Assembly: GCA_963677895.2 (NCBI GenBank)
Contig: CAXXGJ010000018.1
Coordinates: forward strand, 224,001 to 288,000
DNA: 64,000 nucleotides
Direction of reading: 5' to 3'
Source of the DNA: Treponemataceae bacterium
GTDB lineage: Bacteria > Spirochaetota > Spirochaetia > Treponematales > Rectinemataceae
Below the pieces are notes generated by a model. That model saw nothing but the letters and a program-made list of their open reading frames with translations, was not told the DNA's origin and ran no database searches. This document shows positions 29,632 to 40,150 of this stretch, one piece after another; position 1 is the stretch's first letter, and each line of letters begins with the position of its first letter. The position numbers were made by a program, and so were the translations under genes.

Positions 29632-30591
29632 ATGAAGATAGTGATTTTGGATGGATATACGGAGAATCCCGGAGATCTGAGCTGGGCGGGTTTCGAGGCG
29701 ATCGGCTCGCTTTCCGTCTATGAGCGAACGCCTCTGGAGAAAATCGTCCAGAGAATCGGCGACGCCGAAGCGGTCATAACCAACAAGGTTCCGATCTCCA
29801 GGGCGACGCTGGAAGCCTGTCCTTCCGTCAGATACATCGGCGTGCTCGCCACGGGCTACAATATAATCGACGTGGCAGCCTGCTCGGAAAAAGGCATCGT
29901 CGTCGCCAATATTCCCACCTATGGGACGAACGCGGTAGCCCAGATGGCGATTGCGCTTCTGCTCGAACTTTGCCACCACGTCGGCGCCCACTCCGAATCG
30001 GTCTTCGCCGGCGAATGGACGAACAGCGCCGATTGGAGCTACTGGAAATACCCGCTCGTGGAACTCGCCGGCAAGACCATGGGCATCATAGGTTTCGGCA
30101 GGATAGGGCAGGCTACCGGCAGAATCGCCCAGGCGCTCGGCATGAAAATTCTGGCGCATGACGATCACAAGGTTCCCGGCCTTGAATCCGAAACTTGCCG
30201 CTATGTCGATCTCGATACGCTGTTCGCCCATTCGGACGTCATTTCCCTGCATTGCCCGCTCTTTCCCTCGACGCAGGGCATCATCAACCGACACAACATA
30301 GCCAAGATGAAGGATGGCGTATTCGTCGTCAACACTTCGCGAGGACCGCTCATCGTCGAGGAGGATCTCCGCGACGCCCTTTTGTCCGGCAAGGTGGGAG
30401 CCGCGGCGGTGGACGTCGTTTCCAGCGAGCCGATCAAGGCCGACAACCCTCTCCTGAAGGCCCGGAACTGCCTCATAACGCCGCATATCGCCTGGGCTCC
30501 CAAGGAATCGCGGCAACGACTGATGGATATCGCCCTGGGAAACCTGAAAGCCTTCGCCGCGGGCAACCCCGTCAATATCGTGACGGCGTGA
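29632..30591 (+). CDS. D-2-hydroxyacid dehydrogenase (glycerate dehydrogenase/hydroxypyruvate reductase-like)
   Basis: MKIVILDGYTENPGDLSW, ATGYN, GFGRIG, NTSRG and TPHIAWA motifs. Confidence 0.93.
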   Translation: MKIVILDGYTENPGDLSWAGFEAIGSLSVYERTPLEKIVQRIGDAEAVITNKVPISRATLEACPSVRYIGVLATGYNIIDVAACSEKGIVVANIPTYGTNAVAQMAIALLLELCHHVGAHSESVFAGEWTNSADWSYWKYPLVELAGKTMGIIGFGRIGQATGRIAQALGMKILAHDDHKVPGLESETCRYVDLDTLFAHSDVISLHCPLFPSTQGIINRHNIAKMKDGVFVVNTSRGPLIVEEDLRDALLSGKVGAAAVDVVSSEPIKADNPLLKARNCLITPHIAWAPKESRQRLMDIALGNLKAFAAGNPVNIVTA

Positions 30592-30601
30592 AGGTTCGAG
30601 A

Positions 30602-31850
30602 ATGGAATGCTACAATAAAGGCTATTGTCTTGTTCTTTCGGGCGGGGGAGCGAAAGGCGTCTATCATCTGGGGGTCTGGAAAGCGCTCAAAGAACTGGGC
30701 ATCCAGGTCGATGCCTTCATGGGAACATCCATCGGGGCCGTGATCGCCGGTCTCCTTGCTCAGGACAGCGACGATTCGCTCGATGATTTGGGCGCTTCCA
30801 TCACGGTGAATTCCATCATTTCCCTGCCCGACACCTTTGTCGATGAAGGAAAAATCAATGTAAACAAGGAATCCCTGTCCGAAGCGCAGGAACTTTTCCG
30901 TTCCCTCATTGAAAACAAAGGCCTCGACACCAGCCCTCTGCGTCAGCTTCTGGTGTCGCGCATCGACGAAGGCAGAATCAGGAAATCGGGAAAGGATCTC
31001 GGAGTCGTCACCATAAACCTTAGCGACTTGAAACCCCGCGAGATGTTCATTGAGGAAATGGGCGAAGGCGCGATCATCGATTACCTGATGGCGAGCGCCG
31101 CCTTTCCCGGATTCCGCCAGCCGGTCATAGAAGGCAAGAAATATATGGACGGCGGCATCGTCGACAACATACCCTACGCGATGGCAAGACAGCGGGGCTA
31201 TCGACGCATCATCGTCTCGGACATCTCCGGGCTGGGCATGAACAGGCGCCCGGAGATCGAGGGAAGCATCACGATCTATATCAAGAATTCCATCAACATG
31301 GGCGGCGTCCTGGATTTCGACCGCGATTTCATGAAGGATTTCGAGCGCCTGGGCTATCTCGACACGTTGCGCGTCTTCGGCCGGCTGCGAGGATATTCAT
31401 ACTTCATCGAGCCCGATGCGAAAGCCGAAGCGGCATTCGCGAAGAAGCGGGGAGAGGCGCTGTCTGTCTTCCCGAAGGAAATGCTTCATGACAGAAATCT
31501 TCTCCTGAAGTATCTCGAATGCGCCGCTTCGATCCTGGAGGTTCCTCGCGTGGCGTCGTATACCTACGGCGAGCTGGCTTCCGCCATAGCGGAAAGGAAA
31601 AATGACGACGAAGAGCAAGATCGCCGAAATCTTCAAGGCAGGTTCCGACATAAAAGCCGCGATCATCGCGATGCTTCGCGAATCGATGGCGAACCGCACT
31701 TTCAAGGGAAGCCCCTATTATTATTTCCGTCTGATGGAAGAATTCCTGCCCCAAAAAGCCGGCGCCGTGCCGAGAAAAACCCTGATAGGCCTCTTCCCGG
31801 AATTGCCCGCCGGAATGGAGTATCTACGGAGCGTTGAGCGCTCGAATTAA
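30602..31850 (+). CDS. Patatin-like phospholipase with apparent frameshift near 31615
   Basis: GGGAKG, GTSIG and DGG motifs intact; protein-like C-terminus continues in another frame (31602..31850) ending in a TTAA overlap with the convergent gene. Confidence 0.85.
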
Positions 31851-32842
31851 ATTCCGGCGGCCTGCACGATGAGCGATACCAAAGCCACCGAAATCCAGCA
31901 AGCAAGCCCAAGCAGTATGGGGCGTATGCCGTTGCGGACAAGTTTCAAGGGATTGGAGCGCAGACCGATGGCGGCCATCGCCATGCAGATGCCGAACTTG
32001 CCGAGCTGGGCGAGGGAGTAGCCCGCGTCCAGGGAAAACGCGCCAAGCGTCCGGCAGAGGGACGCGGCCAGGAAGCCGAGCACGAACCAGGGAAATATCT
32101 TCACGAAATTGAACGCGCCCCGCTTGCCCTCTGTGCCGCGCAATCTGCTCATGGCGAGGAAGAGCGTGATGGGAATGATCATGAGGGTGCGCGTGAGTTT
32201 TACGATCGTGGCGTAACGTCCGGCCTCGTCGCCGTAGGAAAACGCGGCGGCCACCACCGATGAGGTATCGTTTATCGCCGTGCCCGCCCAGAGGCCGAAA
32301 GCGTGCTGGTCCATGTTCATCATATGTCCCAACGCCGGGAAAATGAATACGGCGAGTATGTTGAAGATGAAGATCGTCGAGATGGAATAGGCTACTTCTT
32401 CCTCGCTGGCTTCGATCACGGGAGCGGTCGCCGCGATGGCCGAACCGCCGCATATGGCCGTCCCTACGCCGATGAGCGTTTTCACCTTTGGATCGATCCC
32501 CAGCCATTTGCCGACGAAGCGCGCGGCGAGGAATGCCGCCGCGAGCGTGAACGCCATGACGGCGAGCGATTCGCTTCCTACTTTGAGCACGACCGAAAGG
32601 TCGAGACTGAAGCCGAGAAAGATGATCGAATACTGAAGCATTTTCTTCCCGGTGAAGCCGATGCCTTCCTCGAGATAAGCGGGGCGTTTGAAAAAGGAAA
32701 GGGCCATGCCGAAAATGATCGCGAAAACAGGCGCCCCGATGAGGGGAACGATTTTCCCGAGGAACCAGGAAGGAAGCGCCAACGCCAGGGCGAGGAAGAT
32801 CCCGGGGAAGGTCGCGATGATGCGCTTTGGTGTAGGTCTCAT
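31847..32842 (-). CDS. YeiH/UPF0324 family membrane transporter
   Basis: GTAICGGSAIAAT, G.WAGTAINDTSSV, KLTR and PWFVLGF motifs; ATGA overlap with ROK gene. Confidence 0.92.
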   Translation of the reverse strand: MRPTPKRIIATFPGIFLALALALPSWFLGKIVPLIGAPVFAIIFGMALSFFKRPAYLEEGIGFTGKKMLQYSIIFLGFSLDLSVVLKVGSESLAVMAFTLAAAFLAARFVGKWLGIDPKVKTLIGVGTAICGGSAIAATAPVIEASEEEVAYSISTIFIFNILAVFIFPALGHMMNMDQHAFGLWAGTAINDTSSVVAAAFSYGDEAGRYATIVKLTRTLMIIPITLFLAMSRLRGTEGKRGAFNFVKIFPWFVLGFLAASLCRTLGAFSLDAGYSLAQLGKFGICMAMAAIGLRSNPLKLVRNGIRPILLGLACWISVALVSLIVQAAGI

Positions 32843-34062
32843 CTGCGGCGCACCATAGAGGCGAGGGCGAGCTTGCGATCGAGCACGAGGCAGGCGCCGC
32901 CCAAAGCGCCGACCGATTCGCCGAGGGCGCCGCGCTCGATCTTTACCGCGTTGAAGGCATGCGGCATCGCCCAACGCGCGGCGACCTTGCGTGTGTAGTC
33001 AATAAGCGGACTCTCGATCAGCCCGATCGGTCCGCCGATTATCACCTTGTCGGGATTGTACGTGGTCACGATATTCGCGATGGCGAGACCCAGCTGCGTG
33101 GATGCCTCGCGGACGCATTCGAGGGCGAGCGGATCGCCGGCGGCCGCGGCGAGGCAGACATCTTCGCCGCTGATCGATTCGCCGGCTTTTCCTCCGGCCG
33201 CCAGCTGCGACTTTCCCCCCTCGGTGATGAGCGCGATCGCCCTCCGCGACAGGGCGCTTCCCGATGCGTAGACATGGAGGCAGCCGCGTTTTCCGCAGGC
33301 GCAGACAGGCCCTTCCGTGTTCACGGTGACATGGCCGATTTCACCCGCGCTGAAGAAGGACCCGTGGACAAGCTCTCCGTCTATCATGATCGCGGCGCTG
33401 ATCCCCGTGCCTATGCCGATGTACACCATCTGGTGGACGGCCCTTCCTCCGCCGAAACGGGCTTCGGCCAGTCCGGCGCCTCTGTTTCTGTTGATGAGGA
33501 GAACCTTGGTCTTAAGCTTCTTTTCCACGAGATCGGCTACGCGGACATTTCGCCAGCCCAGGTCGTCGGCTCTGATGATGAGGCCGCGGTCACAGTCGAC
33601 GAGGCCGGGAGCGCCGACCCCGAAGGCCGGCAGCAGCTCGCCGCTGACGCCTTCTTTAAAATCGCTCAAGCCCCGCACGAGGCTGTCGAGGAAGGAGTCG
33701 GGGTCGGCGCCGGCGACCTTGAGCGAAGCGCTCCTCAGGATACGCCCCTTCAAGTCGGTTTCGACGAAGGACCAGTGCCCCGAATGGTATTCGGCGCCGA
33801 TCGCCCGCCATCTCGAATCGTCCAGGTCGAGGAGAATGCCCGGTCTTCCCCTGCCTTCGCGGAGCAGGTTCTTTTCCACGAGCAGATTGAGGCTAATCAG
33901 CCTCGATACGATCGTGGAGGCCGTGGTACGGCTCAGGCCCAGATGCCGGGCTATCGATGCCCGCGACTCCGCGGCGCGGTATTCTATCGCCTTCAGGACG
34001 GCGACAGTGTACTCGCCTTCGGGCAAGGCGTTGTAGTTCTCGGTTTCGGCGCGATTTTTCAT
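32839..34062 (-). CDS. ROK family transcriptional repressor (XylR/NagC-like)
   Basis: N-terminal wHTH (SRASIARHLGLSRTT, GRP), GTGI, AGEIGH and C.CGKRGCL zinc motif. Confidence 0.94.
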   Translation of the reverse strand: MKNRAETENYNALPEGEYTVAVLKAIEYRAAESRASIARHLGLSRTTASTIVSRLISLNLLVEKNLLREGRGRPGILLDLDDSRWRAIGAEYHSGHWSFVETDLKGRILRSASLKVAGADPDSFLDSLVRGLSDFKEGVSGELLPAFGVGAPGLVDCDRGLIIRADDLGWRNVRVADLVEKKLKTKVLLINRNRGAGLAEARFGGGRAVHQMVYIGIGTGISAAIMIDGELVHGSFFSAGEIGHVTVNTEGPVCACGKRGCLHVYASGSALSRRAIALITEGGKSQLAAGGKAGESISGEDVCLAAAAGDPLALECVREASTQLGLAIANIVTTYNPDKVIIGGPIGLIESPLIDYTRKVAARWAMPHAFNAVKIERGALGESVGALGGACLVLDRKLALASMVRRR

Positions 34063-34104
34063 CGGTGCGTCTATAATACTATGAAAATTTAATTTGTACA
34101 GATA

Positions 34105-34145
34105 TTTGTAAAGAAACTTGACAAAATACAGACTCGTGGTATCGT
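34105..34145 (+). promoter_or_regulatory. Putative ROK operator TTTGT-N11-ACAAA (34105-34125) overlapping the -35 of a promoter
   Basis: TTTGTAAAGAAACTTGACAAA contains TTGACA (34118-34123); extended -10 TGGTATCGT (34137-34145). Confidence 0.7.
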
Positions 34146-34151
34146 GAAGCT

Positions 34152-35561
34152 ATGGCATTCAACCGGGATATACGAGTGGAAGGGCTCTCTCTTTTCTATC
34201 TGCCCGTGAAGACCAGGATTCCCCTCAAGTTCGGCCCCGAGACGACGACGCACGCGACCTGCGCGCGGGTACGGATCGACGTTTCCTCGAGGCAGGGCCT
34301 TCATGCCGTGGGCTGGGGCGAGACCCCGCTCAGCGTCGCCTGGGTCTGGCCCTGCGAACTCTCCTATGATTCCCGCCTCGCCGCGATGCAGGAATTCTGC
34401 CTTCTCCTCGCCCGCGCCTGGAAAGATTTTCCCCTATGGGGTCATCCGATGGAGATCGGGCACGCATTCCTCCAGGAAAGCCTGTCAGTCTTATTCGGCG
34501 AGTTCAACGCGCGCCGAACCGCCCTGCGCCTCCCGGAAATGCCCTGGCTGGCCGCCCTCGTGTGTTCTGCCTCCTTCGATCTGGCCCTCTTCGACGCCTA
34601 TGGAAACCTCCATGGCCTTTCAGCCTTCGATACCCTCGGCCCCGAGTTCATGAATCATGAACTTTCATGGTTTTACGGTCCGGAACACGCGCCGCTTTTC
34701 AAGGACAAATATCCGGAAGATTTTCTCGTCCGGCCCGCGCCGCTTTCGCTGCCCGCCTGGCACCTCGTCGGCGGCAAGGATATCCTCACGGCGGAAGGAC
34801 TCAAGGGTTCGGAACCGGAGGACGGCTACCCCGTAATTCTTTCGGATTGGATCGCGCGGGACGGGCTTAAATGCCTGAAAATCAAGCTTACCGGCACCGA
34901 CGCCGAATGGGATTACGCGCGCATCCTCGATGTGGGACGCATGGCGATCAATTATGATGTCGACTGGCTCAGCACCGATTTCAACTGCACGGTGCTCGAT
35001 CCGGCCTACGTATGCCGGATTCTCGACAGGCTTCTTGTTGAAGAGCCGAGAATTTTCGCGATGATCCTCTATATCGAGCAGCCTTTCCCCTATGATCTCG
35101 AACGCAACCGTATCGACGCGCATTCGGTAAGCGCCCGCAAACCCCTTTTCATGGACGAAAGCGCCCACGACTGGAAATATCTCGCCTTGGGCAGGACGCT
35201 CGGATGGACGGGCGTCGCCCTCAAGACCTGCAAAACTTTTACCGGCGCGCTGCTCAGTCTTTGCTGGGCCAAGACGGCGGGCATGACGCTGATGGTTCAG
35301 GACCTGACCAATCCTATGCTCGCGCAGATTCCTCATATCCAGCTGGCCGCCCATGCCGGAACGATCATGGGCGTCGAGACGAATTCGATGCAGTTCTACC
35401 CCGATGCCTCGAAGCCCGAGGCCGCGGTCCATCCCGGCTTGTTCTCGAGGGTGGGCGGACGGGTGCGGCTCGATTCGATCGGACCGACGGGATTCGGTTA
35501 TAGAATCGACGAAATCTCGAGAATACTGCCTGACGCGGCCTGGGAAGGCGGCAGGGCATGA
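34152..35561 (+). CDS. Enolase superfamily (mandelate racemase/MLE-like) enzyme of unknown substrate
   Basis: GWGE N-domain, KxK (LKIKL), metal ligands TDFN, IEQP, MDES, and Lys in ALKTCK. Confidence 0.8.
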   Translation: MAFNRDIRVEGLSLFYLPVKTRIPLKFGPETTTHATCARVRIDVSSRQGLHAVGWGETPLSVAWVWPCELSYDSRLAAMQEFCLLLARAWKDFPLWGHPMEIGHAFLQESLSVLFGEFNARRTALRLPEMPWLAALVCSASFDLALFDAYGNLHGLSAFDTLGPEFMNHELSWFYGPEHAPLFKDKYPEDFLVRPAPLSLPAWHLVGGKDILTAEGLKGSEPEDGYPVILSDWIARDGLKCLKIKLTGTDAEWDYARILDVGRMAINYDVDWLSTDFNCTVLDPAYVCRILDRLLVEEPRIFAMILYIEQPFPYDLERNRIDAHSVSARKPLFMDESAHDWKYLALGRTLGWTGVALKTCKTFTGALLSLCWAKTAGMTLMVQDLTNPMLAQIPHIQLAAHAGTIMGVETNSMQFYPDASKPEAAVHPGLFSRVGGRVRLDSIGPTGFGYRIDEISRILPDAAWEGGRA

Positions 35562-36349
35562 AAAAATCCGGATACTTCGCGGCGAAAGTCCTGCCGAGGC
35601 TGCTTTATATCGTACTGGCCATAGCTCTCTGGCAGGCGCTCATCATGATCTTCAAGGTGAAGGAATTCGTCGTTCCCTCGCCGATCGCGGTGTTCAAGAG
35701 CCTGTTTTCGGGAGAGCTGATCGCCGAGAATACCTGGGGCGTGCATATCAGGACGACGCTTACGGAAATAGCAGTCAGTTTCTTCCTTACGGCTGTCGTG
35801 GGATTCCTTCTCGCCCTCGTCATCTGCTGGTCCAGAATCCTGCGCGGCATTCTCATGCCGGTCATCGCCGTTCTGAATTCCCTGCCCAAAATAGCCCTGG
35901 CTCCGCTTTTCCTCATCTGGCTCGGCTATGGTTTCAAGGCCAATGTGACCATAGCGATCATCTGCGCCTTCTTTCCCATCGTGCTCAACACGACGATGGG
36001 GCTCGATTCCGTGGACGAGGATCTGCTCGACCTCGTCCGCTATCTGAACGCATCCAAACTGCAGGTGTTTCTCAAGATAAGGATCCCGAATTCGCTTCCC
36101 TATGTTTTTTCCGGTCTCAAAGTGAGCGCCACCATGGCGGTCGTGGGGGTGATTGTGGGCGAGTTCGTGGCTTCCAGCCAGGGCTTGGGCTTCCTGATCA
36201 AAGATTCCCAGGCCATGATGAATACGCCGCCCATGTTCGCGGCTCTCTTTCTCATATCGGGAATAGGCCTCGGCTTGTTCGCCTTCATCGGCTTTCTGGA
36301 ACGCGCGCTTATGCCCTGGAATATTGAGCGGACGGAGGGCAAGGCATGA
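35558..36349 (+). CDS. NitT/TauT family ABC permease
   Basis: PSP, PKIALAPLF..W.G.G, FFPI..NT..GL, P.SLPY.FSGLK and VGEFV motifs. Confidence 0.93.
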   Translation: MKKSGYFAAKVLPRLLYIVLAIALWQALIMIFKVKEFVVPSPIAVFKSLFSGELIAENTWGVHIRTTLTEIAVSFFLTAVVGFLLALVICWSRILRGILMPVIAVLNSLPKIALAPLFLIWLGYGFKANVTIAIICAFFPIVLNTTMGLDSVDEDLLDLVRYLNASKLQVFLKIRIPNSLPYVFSGLKVSATMAVVGVIVGEFVASSQGLGFLIKDSQAMMNTPPMFAALFLISGIGLGLFAFIGFLERALMPWNIERTEGKA

Positions 36350-37146
36350 AAAGTTCCAATTCGGCGAAGCTGAGTTCGCTCTGGGCGCGGCTCAAGACTC
36401 CGGCGGTCATCGTCGCCCTTCTCGTGATATGGGAACTCTGCGTGAGGATTTTCAAGGTCAAGGAATATATCCTTCCATCGCCCATCGTGGCGCTGAAGCA
36501 CCTTTTCCTTCCGCAGCCCGACGCGAACTACAGCTGGATCGTCCATATTCGCATAACGTTGATGGAACTCGCCATATCCTTCGTCGTCACCTCCATCCTC
36601 GGCATCGCGATCGCGATTGGCCTCGCGTGGAACGCGACCGTCAAGAAAATCGTCATGCCTGCCTTCGTATTCCTGAATTCGCTGCCCATCGTCGCGATAG
36701 CGCCACTCCTCGTCCTCTGGTTCGGCTACGGTTTGAAGACGAACATCCTGATCGCTTTTCTCGTATCCTTCTTCCCCATCGTGATCAACACGACGGTGGG
36801 GCTTTCCGAGATAGACGACGATCTTCTGGATCTCGTGAAGTACCTGAACGGTACGAAACTCCAGATATTCCTCAAGCTGAGAATACCCAATTCGCTTCCC
36901 TACATTTTCACGGGACTCAAGATAAGCTCCACGATGTGCGTCGTAGGGGCGATCGTCGGCGAGTTCGTCGCCTCGGACAGAGGCTTGGGCTACATCATCA
37001 TAAATTCCCAGTACACCATGGATTCGCCGCCGATTTTCGCGGGGCTCATGCTCGTGTCGCTGTTCGGCGTCGCGTTGTTCGGCATCGTGTCGGCTTTGGA
37101 AAGGCTTTGCATGCCCTGGCAATTCAGGGGTAGGAATAGTGACTGA
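36346..37146 (+). CDS. NitT/TauT family ABC permease (paralogue of upstream gene)
   Basis: Same motif set; strongly similar to 35558..36349. Confidence 0.93.
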   Translation: MKSSNSAKLSSLWARLKTPAVIVALLVIWELCVRIFKVKEYILPSPIVALKHLFLPQPDANYSWIVHIRITLMELAISFVVTSILGIAIAIGLAWNATVKKIVMPAFVFLNSLPIVAIAPLLVLWFGYGLKTNILIAFLVSFFPIVINTTVGLSEIDDDLLDLVKYLNGTKLQIFLKLRIPNSLPYIFTGLKISSTMCVVGAIVGEFVASDRGLGYIIINSQYTMDSPPIFAGLMLVSLFGVALFGIVSALERLCMPWQFRGRNSD

Positions 37147-37218
37147 AGTCGGAACTTCGCTCGGGATCGCGTAAGCGGTCCCTCAGTATCTCAAGTTTTC
37201 GAATCTAGGAGGATTAAG

Positions 37219-38208
37219 ATGAGGAAACGTTTCGTCGCGACAATCGCCATTGCTTTCCTGGTCCTGGCGGGGGCATCGGCCCAGACGACCAAGATCAACT
37301 TCCAGCTGAACTGGAAAATCTCGGGCGACCATGCTCCCTACTATGTGGCCATGGAAAAGGGATGGTTCAAGGAAGAAGGCCTGGACGTGAATGTCATGAT
37401 CGGCCAGGGTTCGGGCTTCACCGTCCAAATGGTGGACGCCGGCAAGGCCCAAATCGGCATTTCCGACGCTCCCGTTCCCATCGAGGCCAGGGCGAAGGGC
37501 GCCAACATCAAGATCGTGGGCATAATTTTCGACAAGCACCCCAACTGCATGTTCTTCTGGAAAGATTCCGGCATCAAGGTCGCCCAGGATCTCAAGGGCA
37601 AGACGGTGGCCGTGCCCGCCTCGGACGGTCATAAAGTGATGTGGCCGGCTTTCGCGAAGCTCATCGGCCTCAACGCCAACGACGTCAAATTCATCAATAT
37701 CGAGCCGACGGCCAAACCGGCAGCCCTCGGATCGAGACAGGCCGATGTGGTATTCGAGCTTTTCACCGGCAAGCCCTTCATGGAAAAAGCGGTTCCGGCC
37801 GACCAGCTGGGATGGATCATCTGGGCCGACTATGGTTTCAACGCTTACGCGCACAGCTATATCGCCAACGAAGACTTCATGAAGAGCAACCCCGAGGCGC
37901 TGAAGAAATTCCTCAAGGTGTCCTATAGGGCATGGCAGTACACGCTCAACAACATCCCCGAGGCGATCAACATCCTTTCGAAGTATCATCCCATCAACAC
38001 AGATGACTTCGTCGCCAATCTCACCGCCGTCAAGGAATTCTTCAAGACCGACCGCTACAAGAACAACGGCATCGGCTACATCGATCCGTCGAGGATGCTG
38101 GATACCATCAATATCGTCAAGGAAAAGGGCCTGGCCATGAATCCGGATCCGAATTACTATTATTCTTCGGCTTTCCTTCCCAGCCCGCCGTATAAGTTCA
38201 ACTTCTGA
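37219..38208 (+). CDS. NMT1/THI5-like ABC substrate-binding protein
   Basis: Signal peptide, LNW....HAPYYVA.EKGWFKEEGLDV, G.GS and DLKGK motifs; AGGAGG RBS. Confidence 0.9.
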   Translation: MRKRFVATIAIAFLVLAGASAQTTKINFQLNWKISGDHAPYYVAMEKGWFKEEGLDVNVMIGQGSGFTVQMVDAGKAQIGISDAPVPIEARAKGANIKIVGIIFDKHPNCMFFWKDSGIKVAQDLKGKTVAVPASDGHKVMWPAFAKLIGLNANDVKFINIEPTAKPAALGSRQADVVFELFTGKPFMEKAVPADQLGWIIWADYGFNAYAHSYIANEDFMKSNPEALKKFLKVSYRAWQYTLNNIPEAINILSKYHPINTDDFVANLTAVKEFFKTDRYKNNGIGYIDPSRMLDTINIVKEKGLAMNPDPNYYYSSAFLPSPPYKFNF

Positions 38209-38308
38209 TTTTCATCGCCGAAGGAGAGAGCCGAGGCGGCCAGCGATAGCTGGCCGCCCCCGCCCGGCTCGATTTTTCGGTTTTATTCACGGATAAGGTG
38301 GCCAAACG

Positions 38309-39076
<768 letters not shown>

Positions 39077-39090
39077 CAGGAGGCTTTTCG

Positions 39091-40134
39091 ATGGATCAGG
39101 AAGGAAGATACTGCGTGGGAATCAGGGGGGCGGGACAGGTCGCGAACCAGCATGCCGCCGCCATTCTCGCCAATCCGAAACTGCGTCTGGCGGCCGTCTG
39201 CTCGCGTTCGCGCTCGAGCTCGGAAAAGCTGGCCCGTGAATGGGCTTCGGCGGGGAAGGGCGGCGCCCCTATCGTCATCTACGATCGTTACGAGGACCTT
39301 CTCGCCGACGACACTGTCGATATCGTTTCCGAATGCATGCCGAACTACCTGCACGCGAGCGAAGGCGCCCTCGCCTTCGAGGCGGGGAAGCATCTCATCC
39401 TGGAGAAGCCGGCCGGAATCGGCCGCGAAGAGCTGAACGCGCTTCGCGACGCCGCCAGGCGTTCGGGACGCAAGAGTGTCGTGAGTTTCGTCCTGCGCTG
39501 GCACCCCCTCATCGCGAACCTGAAAAGCCTTCTCGACGCCTCGGCCATCGGTGAGGTCTACTACGCGGAATTCGACTACTGGCATGGGATAAAGCCGACA
39601 TTTTCCAGCTATAGCTGGATACGCCGCAAGGAATTCGCGGGCGGAGCCATGATAACGGGCGGCTGCCACGCGGCCGATCTCGCCCGCTACCTTCACGGCG
39701 AGATCGATGAGGTGTCCGCGTATTCCACCAAGGCCCGCGACGATTTCGATTATCCGACCACCATTGTGTCGGCCGTGAAATTCGCCGATGGGTCGGTGGG
39801 GAAACTTTCAGTGTCGCTGGATGGCCTCTGCTTCCCCTATCAGTTCAATATCGACCTGCTCGGCACGAAGGGCGCGTTGCGCGACAACAGAATTTATTCC
39901 AAGGAACTTTTCCCTTCGCAGAAAGATTTCGTCGTCCTCCCCTGCGACACGCCGAATTCCGGCTCGGTGGAGCATCATCCATTCAAGCAGGAGATCGACA
40001 ATCTCGTCGAATGCATCGAGACGGGCGCTCCCGTGCTCTCCGATGTCGAAGACGCGTGCAAATCGATGGAGGTGGCGCTCGCCATAACGGAATCCGCGGC
40101 GACAGGGCAGTCCGTCAAGATTACACGGAGCTGA
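39091..40134 (+). CDS. Gfo/Idh/MocA family oxidoreductase
   Basis: GAGQVA Rossmann, GKHLILEKP and GGAMITGGCHAAD motifs. Confidence 0.92.
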   Translation: MDQEGRYCVGIRGAGQVANQHAAAILANPKLRLAAVCSRSRSSSEKLAREWASAGKGGAPIVIYDRYEDLLADDTVDIVSECMPNYLHASEGALAFEAGKHLILEKPAGIGREELNALRDAARRSGRKSVVSFVLRWHPLIANLKSLLDASAIGEVYYAEFDYWHGIKPTFSSYSWIRRKEFAGGAMITGGCHAADLARYLHGEIDEVSAYSTKARDDFDYPTTIVSAVKFADGSVGKLSVSLDGLCFPYQFNIDLLGTKGALRDNRIYSKELFPSQKDFVVLPCDTPNSGSVEHHPFKQEIDNLVECIETGAPVLSDVEDACKSMEVALAITESAATGQSVKITRS

Positions 40135-40150
40135 AGACATGGAGGAAGCC

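Noticed and set aside
32959..34092. 377-aa plus-strand ORF and similar long antisense ORFs (680..1630, 9276..10268, 29578..30516, 36100..37122, 59915..60886)
   Set aside because: All mirror well-supported genes on the other strand.
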